Of a DNA stretch of 64,000 bases, positions 37,987 to 47,792 are shown one piece after another (within the stretch, counting starts at the first letter, position 1; the number at the start of each line of letters is the position of its first letter). A model generated the notes under the pieces. It had not been told where the DNA came from. It did no database searches and was given only the letters and a program-made list of their open reading frames with translations. The stretch lies in IMG/VR virus record IMGVR_UViG_3300023109_001684; one strand, given 5' to 3'. Source of the stretch: a virus. Position numbers and translations under genes: made by a program.

Positions 37987-39615
37987 TCTTTTTACAGTAA
38001 TAGATCCAACCATTGCCGGATGTAGTGTACATTGATATGCAAATGTACCACTAGTACTTTCCGGTATACTCCATATTAATGTTCCGCCATCTTGTGCTTG
38101 TGCGCTTGTATCTGCACTAGGAGTACCATCTTCTGCAATGTGTAATAAATTAGTAGTAATCGGAGTCAAAGTGCCGTCTAGGATTTCAAACGGATGTCCG
38201 CCTACATTAAGTTTAAAACTGATTTGCATTCCGCTGATAACAAAAATTGATGGATTGCTTCCAGTGTATAAAGGATTAAATGTATAAGCAGTTGCACCAA
38301 TATTATCTACTTCAAAATGCATTCCGCTTCGTACAACAAATTCGTCAATAGTTGCTAAGTTGGCAGTTTGTGCATCTCCTAACTGATCAAAATCAGTTAC
38401 ACCAGATGCTCCATTGTAACTTACAGTAATCGTATCACCAGATACTGCTGTTGTAATACCAGCACCGCCAGCAACTGTTAATGTATCAGTTGCTGAATTT
38501 GCAGTTGTTGACCCAGTGTCACCGGATACTGTTTCAAATAAATTTTGTGTTGCTCCGCCAGCAGACACAGTCCTAAAAGTAAAGTTTCCAAACCCATCTG
38601 TGCCAAGTACTTGATTGTTTGATCCATCAGCAATACCTAAGTCAGTTAAGTCAGCAGGTATAATACTGCCTGTATCTGTAAGATCTCCTAGGTCAGTAGG
38701 TATAGTAGGCGTACTAGATAAATCAGTATAAAGCCCGCTTGTTGCTACTGTTGCAAATCCTGCTTCTACTGGTGTTTGGTTTATCCATGAACTAGATGCG
38801 TTATCATATGCTAGGAGATCATTGTCTCCTACTGATGTAATTGCTATATCAGTAATATTATCTATTGCTACACTTACCAAAGCACCAATTCCTGCTGCTG
38901 TAGGCGGAGTGTATCTAAAAACACCTGTTGTGTTGTCGTATCCAATAGCGCCGTTACCACTAGCTGTAAGTTCATTGCCTACACTAAAGTCCGTTAATGT
39001 AGCAATGGCTGGAGTGTTACTAAAGTTATTGTAATCTAAAAAGTATGTACTATCAAAGCCGTCAAGTGTATCAGCGTCAGTACCGCCGCCTCCAGATGTA
39101 GCGTCTGCTCCAGGTGCCCAATTAGTTCCGTTCCATTTTAGCACCTGTCCACTTGTTGGAACACTGCTAGAAGTATCAACATCACTTAAAAAGTCAATTC
39201 CAAATGCATCCATATTTACAGTAAGATTAGAAGTGTCTGTTGATATCTCTGTAGAGATATTAGTACCGCCTAAAATATTTAAAGTATCGTCCTCACCGCT
39301 TGCTACTGCTGTACCGTCATCTGATACTATATTCTTAAATACATCGCCTGCGCCGCCGCCTGCTTCGCCTGTAAAATTAAATGTAACAATATCGTCAACA
39401 ACACTAGTTGCAATATTTGTGCCGCCTGCTAATGTTAATGTGTCAGCAACTCCGTCTGCGGTTGTTTGACCTGTGTCACCTTGGATTGTTGCAAAGATAT
39501 TTGCGCCGGCTGCTGAAGACGTTACATTCCAAGCAGTTCCGTCCCATTGCCACGTTGTATTACCGACAGTAAATACCTCGTTTAACCCGGGTGATGCTGG
39601 ATAATTAATTGCCAT
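37972..39615 (-). CDS. fibre-like virion protein with C-terminal cupredoxin domain
   Basis: N-terminal YP.SP...W.WDG..W; three F..I..D.G...A....DTL...GG repeats; GHPF...YQCTLHPAM. Confidence 0.75.
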   Translation of the reverse strand: MAINYPASPGLNEVFTVGNTTWQWDGTAWNVTSSAAGANIFATIQGDTGQTTADGVADTLTLAGGTNIATSVVDDIVTFNFTGEAGGGAGDVFKNIVSDDGTAVASGEDDTLNILGGTNISTEISTDTSNLTVNMDAFGIDFLSDVDTSSSVPTSGQVLKWNGTNWAPGADATSGGGGTDADTLDGFDSTYFLDYNNFSNTPAIATLTDFSVGNELTASGNGAIGYDNTTGVFRYTPPTAAGIGALVSVAIDNITDIAITSVGDNDLLAYDNASSSWINQTPVEAGFATVATSGLYTDLSSTPTIPTDLGDLTDTGSIIPADLTDLGIADGSNNQVLGTDGFGNFTFRTVSAGGATQNLFETVSGDTGSTTANSATDTLTVAGGAGITTAVSGDTITVSYNGASGVTDFDQLGDAQTANLATIDEFVVRSGMHFEVDNIGATAYTFNPLYTGSNPSIFVISGMQISFKLNVGGHPFEILDGTLTPITTNLLHIAEDGTPSADTSAQAQDGGTLIWSIPESTSGTFAYQCTLHPAMVGSITVKRLSSL

Positions 39616-39632
39616 ATTGTGTACCTTTTAAA

Positions 39633-40811
39633 TTATGCATAAGTGTTTAAACTTCCGTAGACAATCCAACTGCTTGATAATCGTAGTAAAGTAAATCCTA
39701 CTATATCAGTTTGACTTGCAGTTCCGCTAGGCGCTGATCCGCCTTGCCATAATATTGTTTGCGCTACGCCGTCCACTTGAAGTGCTGTAGGCAAATACGG
39801 AGTTGATCCTTGCGTAATTACTACAGCAATACTTATTGATTTATTATCGTCTGTTGGAACATTAGTGATGTCCGCTGTAAAATTAGCAGCAGATGATGTA
39901 TGTTGCCATAGCGATGATATACTAAAGTCGTGTGTTACAACCCCAGTTGCTCCTACTATTAATTGCACATGTTCTCTTGTGCCTGCAAGATCAGCTATTC
40001 CTGTAATACTAATGTCACCTGCAACACTTATATCGTTGCTTACATTTACTGCATCTGGTGCAGTTAAATTTATACTACTTGCACTTGTTATACCAGGAGT
40101 TCCTACTCCTGTTGATGTAATGCTATCTGCAGAAATTGTTGTTGCTGTTATTTCGTCAAATGCTACATCGTCAGTTGTATTAAGAGATTGGTTATAAGAG
40201 GTGCCACCGCCGCCACCTCCGCCACCAGTTACAGTTGTAAATGAAAACGCTCCTGAACCGTTGGTTGTTAAAACTTGTCCTGAGCTGCCATCTGAAATTC
40301 CTAAGTCTAGTAAACTTATTGGTATAGTAGGTTTATTTTGTACGTTTGCCCAATCTAATATTGGAAGGGGATAACTTGGTTGTATCCATTGACTAGAATC
40401 AGTGTCAGTTACATATACATAAATTTGGCCGTTAGTGCTGTTGAACCAAATATTTCCTTGTTCTGGTGATGTAGGTACTGTATCACCTACATCTACACTT
40501 GCTCCGCCGCCGCCTTCAAACCCGCTTGCTGTAATTTTATTAGCAAATACAGTGTTATCGATGTTTGTAAGATCTGCAAGAGCTATTCCTGCTTCAGACG
40601 AAGCAGATTGAAATTGTGCTGTAGTTACATTAGTTAGATCGCTTCGAGCAATTTCAAAACCACCAGTATCTTTACCGCTATACACTCTAAGTGTATTTGA
40701 TGATTTACTAAAGAAAATCTCGCCGCTTGATCCTACATTCCGATCTAAAAAGTCAGTCGGACGTGGGATAATTCTAATTCTGTCTACTACAGGTGCTTGT
40801 GATGATGACAT
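39633..40811 (-). CDS. tail-fibre-like virion protein
   Basis: GEIFF...LRVY.G...GG N-terminus, P.QG.IWFNS, GQVLTTNGSG and C-terminal W.GG.AP motifs. Confidence 0.7.
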   Translation of the reverse strand: MSSSQAPVVDRIRIIPRPTDFLDRNVGSSGEIFFSKSSNTLRVYSGKDTGGFEIARSDLTNVTTAQFQSASSEAGIALADLTNIDNTVFANKITASGFEGGGGASVDVGDTVPTSPEQGNIWFNSTNGQIYVYVTDTDSSQWIQPSYPLPILDWANVQNKPTIPISLLDLGISDGSSGQVLTTNGSGAFSFTTVTGGGGGGGGTSYNQSLNTTDDVAFDEITATTISADSITSTGVGTPGITSASSINLTAPDAVNVSNDISVAGDISITGIADLAGTREHVQLIVGATGVVTHDFSISSLWQHTSSAANFTADITNVPTDDNKSISIAVVITQGSTPYLPTALQVDGVAQTILWQGGSAPSGTASQTDIVGFTLLRLSSSWIVYGSLNTYA

Positions 40812-40835
40812 ACTATACTCCTTGTATAGTATTTA

Positions 40836-41252
40836 TTAATATTTGGTATAGTACAATCGATTAGCAATGTCTTGTACGTTATCATTTTTTAGGATAAACT
40901 TGCGTACATTGTCTATATGAATAAGTTTCCTTTGTTTTCCAGGAAAACTTACTACTGGAAGATGATTCATTCTTAACAATTCGTCGCCTCTGTAAGATTC
41001 AATTTCGATAGGAACTTCATCTATTGGTAACATTCCATAGTGTTTAAACTTCATTGTACACACTGACGTTACTAATTTGTCGTCTTCGATATATTCCATA
41101 ATTAATTCATTTTCTTTTAATAATTCTATTACCCATTCATACAACTTTTTTCGATCTTTTTGTATCTTACGTTTACTGTACTCGTCACCTTTATCTTTCC
41201 GCGGAGTAACTGTGTATATTACTAGTTCGTCTGTATAAAATTCTTCCATCAT
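40836..41252 (-). CDS. hypothetical protein
   Basis: Last gene of the coupled enzyme operon. Confidence 0.65.
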   Translation of the reverse strand: MMEEFYTDELVIYTVTPRKDKGDEYSKRKIQKDRKKLYEWVIELLKENELIMEYIEDDKLVTSVCTMKFKHYGMLPIDEVPIEIESYRGDELLRMNHLPVVSFPGKQRKLIHIDNVRKFILKNDNVQDIANRLYYTKY

Positions 41253-41983
41253 GATTTGCTTCCAAAATACTTATAGTATATATCTTTAATTAATGTTCGT
41301 TTTTGTTTAAACGTATGATTCATTAAAAATTTAGATTTAGTAACCCAATTTAAATCTTTTTCTGTTGCATTACGCACTTCCAAGTCAAAGATTTTTTCTG
41401 ACAATGGTATTATCTGTGCTAATGGTTGTCCTGCTTTAATCATAAATTTACCTTTAGGTACATTACAGTATGCTTGTATGTTTATTTCAGAACTTATGCC
41501 TGGGTCTAATATACCCGAACTACTTTCAAGTTCAAAATTATCAGGATAAGGTATTGGAATCATTAGAAACTTTACACCTTTAGGAGCAATAATGTGCCAC
41601 GGCATATTAATCTTTAATAACGGTCCAACAGTCCAAGGTTTTACAGGCATTAATGTTTCGACGCCAGTCTGTTGTCTTGAAATAATGTCTTTACCACTTG
41701 CTAGATCAACTATATCTGATGTAGGGATAGTCCATTTATAATTTCCTGTGCCATCTGTTTCTATTAAAACATCGTGCCACATTGGAATAATGTATCCAGT
41801 TTTTGCTAAATCAAAAATACCCGGGCATTGGTATATGTGATCCATTCTGCCGTCGGCTGCATCTAATTTTCTTTTAAAATCGTTTCTGGCTCTATTCATC
41901 CAGTCTGGTTTATATTGCTTTGCTGGTATGATCGGAACTGCTTCAGCTAAGCCGTCAATAGTACTAAAAAATTCAATTTTCAT
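41249..41983 (-). CDS. DUF6065-like / dUTPase-like fold protein
   Basis: CPGI....GYIIP.W.D, K...PW....P.G and KAGQPLAQIIP motifs. Confidence 0.6.
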   Translation of the reverse strand: MKIEFFSTIDGLAEAVPIIPAKQYKPDWMNRARNDFKRKLDAADGRMDHIYQCPGIFDLAKTGYIIPMWHDVLIETDGTGNYKWTIPTSDIVDLASGKDIISRQQTGVETLMPVKPWTVGPLLKINMPWHIIAPKGVKFLMIPIPYPDNFELESSSGILDPGISSEINIQAYCNVPKGKFMIKAGQPLAQIIPLSEKIFDLEVRNATEKDLNWVTKSKFLMNHTFKQKRTLIKDIYYKYFGSKS

Positions 41984-42551
41984 TTTTAAACCTTATGTCA
42001 AATGCAATATTAATTCTAGATTTATTAGATAAATTCGGTTCAACTTCGTGCGGTAACCAACTAGGCCACATAATTAAATCTTTGTCCTTAGGTGAAAAGA
42101 AAAAGTCTCTAGTAAATGGACTTTTTGTATTACACTCACCTAATGTATTTGCAGGATTCATAATACGGAGATCACCTGTACCTGATCCTTGTATATAATA
42201 CACTCCGGATAATATTCCAGGCTTGTGTGCATGCATAACATTTCTCGAACCGATATTATTTACGTTTGCCCAGTAATGAATGTCAAACTGTTGATTAGAA
42301 TACATTGCAAAAGTATTATCAATATCTGAATAATATTTAAATTGTTCTTTTACTGATGTTTCTATTGCCTCTAATAAAAATTTAATATTATGTAATTGTT
42401 GAGTACCCCGCCAGCAACCGTCGTTACTAAACGAACTATTAGGAAACTTTGTACTGTTTTCTAATATTTCTTGTTTTAATAAATCTAAATTACTATCTGA
42501 ACCAACTTCATTATAATTAAAAAGTCCAGCATGTAGGATTGTTGGGATCAT
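41973..42551 (-). CDS. 2OG-Fe(II) oxygenase (TIGR02466-like)
   Basis: WAN, HAH, LSGVYY, WPSWLPHEV.PN and RINIAF motifs. Confidence 0.88.
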   Translation of the reverse strand: MIPTILHAGLFNYNEVGSDSNLDLLKQEILENSTKFPNSSFSNDGCWRGTQQLHNIKFLLEAIETSVKEQFKYYSDIDNTFAMYSNQQFDIHYWANVNNIGSRNVMHAHKPGILSGVYYIQGSGTGDLRIMNPANTLGECNTKSPFTRDFFFSPKDKDLIMWPSWLPHEVEPNLSNKSRINIAFDIRFKNEN

Positions 42552-44059
42552 CTATCATACCAATCAGTTAAGTACTCGTATTGATTTTTAAACATGTTTT
42601 CAACTAAATCTAATCTTGCATTAGTGCAATCAATAAAATACTTTCCGTATCGTTCTTGAGATTCTGTTAAGTACGGCTCTACGTCTTTATATGCGCCGCC
42701 TGCGTGTAATACACTAAACCATTGAGTAATATTAAACATACTACTTGGTGTTAAATTCATAAAGCGTTGAGGATAAGGCAAAAATGCTGATAATATATCT
42801 TTAATAAACTTTGGCATTTCTTCTAATTTTTGCTCACGTATTTCTTTCCAGTACGGTGTATCATTACGTGAACTAAAGTAATAGTGCGCCCAAACAAATG
42901 CTAGAATTTCTTCTGACATTTCACTAAAGCCTCTATTAATAAATCCTTTTGTTTCAGTATTCCAAATATTTCCAGTATTATTCAATAAATCAACAATGCT
43001 CATAACTGCACCTGTTGTAAACGTAATGCCTGTTGCTTCTAACGGTTCAACAAATCCTGCACTTAGTCCAACTGCAATTACATTTTTTACTGCAATTTCT
43101 TTGTGATACCCGCATTTCATTTTTAAATGATTTGCAGGAGCTACGTATTCTCCAATTGACTCACGCAACTCTGCTTCAGCGTCTTCTTTAGATATATGCT
43201 TACTAGAATATACATACCCATTTCCTACTCTTGTAAAAATAGGAATAGTAAAGCGCCAACCTGCTTTCATTGTAGTTGCTTTTGTATACGGAAAACATTC
43301 TTCTTCTGGATTTTTATATTGTTTAGGTATAACTACTGCACTATCATTTAGCAGTATGTCGTTATAACTATGGAAGGGAATATTAAGTTCTTTTTCAAGT
43401 AATCTACTTTGAAATCCTGTACAATCAATATATAAGTCTGCAGAATACTTATTTCCATTAGAGTCTATTAATGCTGTTATACCGTTTTGATCTTTTTGTA
43501 TATTGTCTATTTTAGCATCAATATGTTGTATTGTGTCGCCTAATATTTCTTTAAGAGTTTTAATTATATTATGAGCATTAAAATGTACTGCACCAAAGTG
43601 TAATGGCCCCATACGATGATTTACATCTAAGTAGTCATCAAATTTTTGACATATGTTTTGTTTTGCAAGACGGTATGCAGGATGATAGTCTTTAAATTCT
43701 TTATTTGTTTTACCTATAAAGTAATCAGAGATATAATAATCTTCTGCAATTAATGTATTATCAGGAGAGTCGTTATCTACAAAGTACGGCTCATCATTCC
43801 ATCCCTCAAGCTCAACACCATACTTAAAACTAGCATCACTTGTATTCATCCATTGCTTTGGTGGTATACCGCATTTACCTAAAAAGTGTGCGGTGGCAGG
43901 TTGTGTTCCTTCACCAACTCCGATTGGCCCTGCACTGACATCTTCTATTAATGTTATTTTAGTGGGACGTTGTAAATTTCTAGACATATATGCAGCAGTT
44001 AGCCAGCCGCTTGTTCCGCCGCCAAAGATTATTATGTGTTGTACTTTATTTAAAAACAT
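42548..44059 (-). CDS. flavin-dependent (tryptophan-type) halogenase
   Basis: GGGTSG, IGVGEGT, catalytic-Lys region FKYG, DCTGF, GWRFTIP, GNGYVYS and FVEPLEATG motifs. Confidence 0.92.
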   Translation of the reverse strand: MFLNKVQHIIIFGGGTSGWLTAAYMSRNLQRPTKITLIEDVSAGPIGVGEGTQPATAHFLGKCGIPPKQWMNTSDASFKYGVELEGWNDEPYFVDNDSPDNTLIAEDYYISDYFIGKTNKEFKDYHPAYRLAKQNICQKFDDYLDVNHRMGPLHFGAVHFNAHNIIKTLKEILGDTIQHIDAKIDNIQKDQNGITALIDSNGNKYSADLYIDCTGFQSRLLEKELNIPFHSYNDILLNDSAVVIPKQYKNPEEECFPYTKATTMKAGWRFTIPIFTRVGNGYVYSSKHISKEDAEAELRESIGEYVAPANHLKMKCGYHKEIAVKNVIAVGLSAGFVEPLEATGITFTTGAVMSIVDLLNNTGNIWNTETKGFINRGFSEMSEEILAFVWAHYYFSSRNDTPYWKEIREQKLEEMPKFIKDILSAFLPYPQRFMNLTPSSMFNITQWFSVLHAGGAYKDVEPYLTESQERYGKYFIDCTNARLDLVENMFKNQYEYLTDWYDR

Positions 44060-44062
44060 TTT

Positions 44063-44662
44063 TTATTCCTGATATGTGTATCTAAAATCAGCATTAAATG
44101 CCAATGATATTCTAGTATTAGTTGTCCGGTTGGGCATAACTTTATGTAATAGCCAATTTGGAAATAATAAAAGCATGCTTTGCTCTACTGCTATATTTAC
44201 AATATTTGTATAAGTTGGTGTCTGATGTGGGAACGATACTACAAACGGATTTGGGCTTTTGAATTGTATATCGCCACTGCCTGGAGTAAATTTATGATAA
44301 TATACTCCGCTTACTACATTTGGTTGATACCCGTGTTCGTGAAATCCAATTAACTGTTCAGTAGAAAATTTATTAAGCCACGAACTGTTTACATTAATAC
44401 TATCAGTTTGATAACGTTGCCCAGTTTGTTCTAAGTAGTTTTTAACATGTTGTTTTATAACATCATTAGTAACTTTCATATCAAAAGTTGGTATGATATT
44501 CATCATATCATTACTAAAGGTTGTTTCAGCTGTATCGTTATCAGGTTGCCAATCATTTTTAAATATAGCACTAGACACTACATTATCTATTTCAATATCT
44601 AATAAGTCAGTATCTTCAACAGTATGAATATAGATTGGGGTAGAGAAAAAGTTTTCAATCAT
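44063..44662 (-). CDS. 2OG-Fe(II) oxygenase (TIGR02466-like)
   Basis: SWLN, HEH, VSGVYY, FPNWLLHKV.PN and RISLAFN motifs. Confidence 0.88.
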   Translation of the reverse strand: MIENFFSTPIYIHTVEDTDLLDIEIDNVVSSAIFKNDWQPDNDTAETTFSNDMMNIIPTFDMKVTNDVIKQHVKNYLEQTGQRYQTDSINVNSSWLNKFSTEQLIGFHEHGYQPNVVSGVYYHKFTPGSGDIQFKSPNPFVVSFPHQTPTYTNIVNIAVEQSMLLLFPNWLLHKVMPNRTTNTRISLAFNADFRYTYQE

Positions 44663-46326
44663 TTAGCTACAACAAGTATATATAACCCGTTCCACCATTG
44701 ACTAATATCTTCAACATCATTTAGCATTAGTTTTTCGTATGTAACATAACCTCCGCACTCATTAATGCCTTCTCTAGCACCATTAACTACTCCGTCCCAA
44801 TTTGCATCATCAAATATTAAAACAGTTTCGTTTTTAAAAGTATTCCAATAATGTTTAACTACATTCTTTGTAGATTCTTGATCATGAGGACCATCGTAGA
44901 AAAACATGCTAAATGCATTTGACATATTTGTAGTATCAATTGCAAACATATCATTATTAATTACTTCAATTCTATTATTGCCTTTATACGGTTCAACATT
45001 TTTAATAAACTCATCTAAAGAGTTAGGAGGAGTAGTACTTCCATTAGCTGGCTGTATTTGCTCTTCCCACTTATCGATAGCAACAGCAAGAAGCATATTG
45101 TCTTTTAATACCGAACTTAGAGTTGCTCCTAAATACGATCCAATTTCTAAATAAGAGTCGACACCTTTTGCAATAGAGTTAAGAAGAGTTTGTACTCTAG
45201 GTGAAGTTAGCCCAGGTATGTCAACTTTTGTTGTAGGAATACCGCTTGACTCAACACAAGTAACTACATGCTTAACTAAATCGCTGTGATCAATTTCTGT
45301 TTTTGCTTTGTAAATTTTATCGCAAAATTGACATTCCCAACAGTCAAATTTACAGTTCTTAATAAGTTTGCGCCATGCGTCAATAGGACGTTCTTTTAAA
45401 TTTGTATCTTCTAAATATTGGTTAAATGTTTCTATTAATATTTCTTCGTTATCGTCCCATTTTTTAATTATAGTCATGGTTTCGAAAAGTCTACTTACTG
45501 CTTCTCTACCATGCATTTTAAATACGTCAATACCGCAATCATTAATCAATTCTTCCCAATCTTCTTTCCATGGCGGCAGATCAGAAGTTTTTAAATGTAC
45601 TGCTGGATCTATAAAGTCCCATTTAGGACAACTTACTCGACTTATAGGATCATTAAAGTATTGCGGATCGTTACCTTGTCTAGTATTATTATATTCAAAA
45701 TGTTCTACCATCATAGGGCAGTTACCTAAACACCCTTCATTTGCTAATAAACTAATTTTAATTTCTTTTCCTAAATTATCCTTAATCCATTCTTTAGCGG
45801 CTTTAATGCGTAATAGCGTATCTCTGTCACGCATTAAGTCTCTATCTAAATTGATATAATCAAACCCAACTTTAGCAAGATTTACTATTTCAGTTGCAGT
45901 TCTTACATCACGTAAAATAGTATTCTTAACCATTAACTCAGGAAATGCACGTTTTATTTGACCAGTTGCCATCCAGTGTGTATGTGGTATAGTAGCTATA
46001 CGTACACCTGCATCATATATAGGTTTGAAATTCTTTATAAAGAGATCTAAATTCTTTTGTGTCGGGGGAACTTGTATATTATTAAATGTTGCACTGATCG
46101 GAATATCTAAACTTTTTTGTATATAGATAGCCATGTCAATAGCATGAGAATAGTCTTCGTTATGTATAAAGATATCTCCCATTGCATCTTGTGCAAAGGG
46201 GGAAATCCTCGAAGTAAAATATACATCGTAAATTAAATGTTTATATGTTTTTAGAAAAGAAATAAACTCGTCGAATTCTTCTTTACTTAATTTAGGATTT
46301 AAAGGTACACTGAATATCTTTTGCAT
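44659..46326 (-). CDS. U32-family Fe-S protein fused to a class I SAM methyltransferase
   Basis: LDRDL.RD, NEGCLGNCP, FKMHGRE and CKFDCWECQFC. C-terminal YLEIGSYLG, FYDGPH, IFDD. Confidence 0.82.
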   Translation of the reverse strand: MQKIFSVPLNPKLSKEEFDEFISFLKTYKHLIYDVYFTSRISPFAQDAMGDIFIHNEDYSHAIDMAIYIQKSLDIPISATFNNIQVPPTQKNLDLFIKNFKPIYDAGVRIATIPHTHWMATGQIKRAFPELMVKNTILRDVRTATEIVNLAKVGFDYINLDRDLMRDRDTLLRIKAAKEWIKDNLGKEIKISLLANEGCLGNCPMMVEHFEYNNTRQGNDPQYFNDPISRVSCPKWDFIDPAVHLKTSDLPPWKEDWEELINDCGIDVFKMHGREAVSRLFETMTIIKKWDDNEEILIETFNQYLEDTNLKERPIDAWRKLIKNCKFDCWECQFCDKIYKAKTEIDHSDLVKHVVTCVESSGIPTTKVDIPGLTSPRVQTLLNSIAKGVDSYLEIGSYLGATLSSVLKDNMLLAVAIDKWEEQIQPANGSTTPPNSLDEFIKNVEPYKGNNRIEVINNDMFAIDTTNMSNAFSMFFYDGPHDQESTKNVVKHYWNTFKNETVLIFDDANWDGVVNGAREGINECGGYVTYEKLMLNDVEDISQWWNGLYILVVAK

Positions 46327-46333
46327 TAATTAT

Positions 46334-46382
46334 CTCACTCTCTATTAGTAGTTATTATAACAGAGAGTGAGCTAGTTGTCAA
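46334..46382 (-). promoter_or_regulatory. consensus sigma70 promoter with a 10-bp inverted repeat flanking the -10 box
   Basis: TTGACA (46377-82)-17 nt-TATAAT (46354-59); CTCACTCTCT (46334-43) / AGAGAGTGAG (46362-71). Confidence 0.82.
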
Positions 46383-46927
46383 GTTGGTTCTAGCCAATGT
46401 ATCTTAAATTTTGGAGCTCTCTTCCTGCGCATATTAATCGGAAACCCTACATCAAAGTAGTCATACATTAATTCTTGGGTTGCATTTATAGTAGTTAATT
46501 GATTAATTGCTGCATTTAAACCAGCAACTGATTTACTGTTTGGCTCAGTATGATTTTTTAAGTGTATTCGCATTATAGTTTTATAAAATTCTACACAGTT
46601 AAGGGTATCTGTTTGTGTAAGTCTGTAGTAAACTTTAGTTTCATCCAGTTCTTCAGTATCTCCGCTTCCGTCAAATATTTCAGCATAAACGTTTGTCGAC
46701 TTTCTTACAGAAATTTCACCTTCGTGGGCACTAGTAAATTTATAAGCTTTAGCTACATTCTCTGATACTTTCTGACCATGTAACCAAGAGTACACAATGT
46801 CATCGTTATTGCTAGGAAATTTAATGACGCTATAGCACCAAAACTCTCCCATTCTTTCCATTAGAGGATGCAATCGAGGATCGTCACCTGCAACAGTTTC
46901 ATGTATTATATAAGTCGTATCCGTCAT
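46379..46927 (-). CDS. hypothetical protein
   Basis: 182-aa ORF coupled to the upstream coiled-coil gene. Confidence 0.65.
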   Translation of the reverse strand: MTDTTYIIHETVAGDDPRLHPLMERMGEFWCYSVIKFPSNNDDIVYSWLHGQKVSENVAKAYKFTSAHEGEISVRKSTNVYAEIFDGSGDTEELDETKVYYRLTQTDTLNCVEFYKTIMRIHLKNHTEPNSKSVAGLNAAINQLTTINATQELMYDYFDVGFPINMRRKRAPKFKIHWLEPT

Positions 46928-47759
46928 CTAATGTTGTATCCTGTGTAGTTAGTTGCGGCCCGGCATTTGGTGAATTATCTATACCCAATGACGTTAAGTC
47001 TGGTTTAGTAAGCGACAAATTACTTCCGTTCTCAAGACCTAAATCTTTCTCAACTTCTAATTGAATAGCAGTTTCGGCTTCTTTCAACTGCGTAGCAAAA
47101 CTATGAGCTAATGCTAAAGTGTGCGCTTGTTGTTCTTCGCTCATACTTAATATTGCATCCATATTACCTGTATTAACTCGACCATAGAATAACAAATCTG
47201 ATGCTGCTTGTTTACCTAATCTATGTGTCCAATACTCTTGTTCATACAGATCTTCTTCGTCTGTATTAATAATATCAAAGTAAGTTCTACCGGTACCGTC
47301 TGGTAATAGTACTTCGGGTGATGCTTTAAATTCATTTATGAGATCGATAAATTGTTGTCTTTCTAAAAACCAATCTTGTAGTCTACGTCTAGTAGCAACT
47401 TGTTGTCTGTTTAACTTGTCTGCTTCTATTGCGTGTAATCTTTTCTCAAATGGGTCAGGATCGTGTTCTGCTAGATAAGTGTGTCTATCTATTTCAACTT
47501 GCCATTTTAGAATTTCGTATTCTGTATGTTCAATACCTTCTTCACGAGTACGTAACTCTAAAAGCCACTGACGCAATTTTGCAAAAGGTGTTATTTGAGT
47601 TTGACCTACAAAGTATCTCATTTTGAACTTTGGGTTAGTCCATTCTTTGTTTATAGCAAACAATACAGTTTGCTGATCTTCATCAGATAACGAATCGGTA
47701 TTAGTTCTTAAATCATTTATATAGTGGGTGTTCGCAAACTGCGCTAATCTATCAACCAT
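46899..47759 (-). CDS. coiled-coil hypothetical protein
   Basis: Heptad-rich core and YWTHRLGKQA...GNMDAI motif; own late promoter and SD. Confidence 0.7.
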   Translation of the reverse strand: MVDRLAQFANTHYINDLRTNTDSLSDEDQQTVLFAINKEWTNPKFKMRYFVGQTQITPFAKLRQWLLELRTREEGIEHTEYEILKWQVEIDRHTYLAEHDPDPFEKRLHAIEADKLNRQQVATRRRLQDWFLERQQFIDLINEFKASPEVLLPDGTGRTYFDIINTDEEDLYEQEYWTHRLGKQAASDLLFYGRVNTGNMDAILSMSEEQQAHTLALAHSFATQLKEAETAIQLEVEKDLGLENGSNLSLTKPDLTSLGIDNSPNAGPQLTTQDTTLDDGYDLYNT

Positions 47760-47792
47760 AATATCTCCTAAGGCTTATGTGAAAATATTTAG

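Noticed and set aside
44659-46326. Calling the U32 protein a collagenase/protease
   Set aside because: Characterised U32 members with these Cys motifs are Fe-S hydroxylation factors, and no protease evidence is visible.
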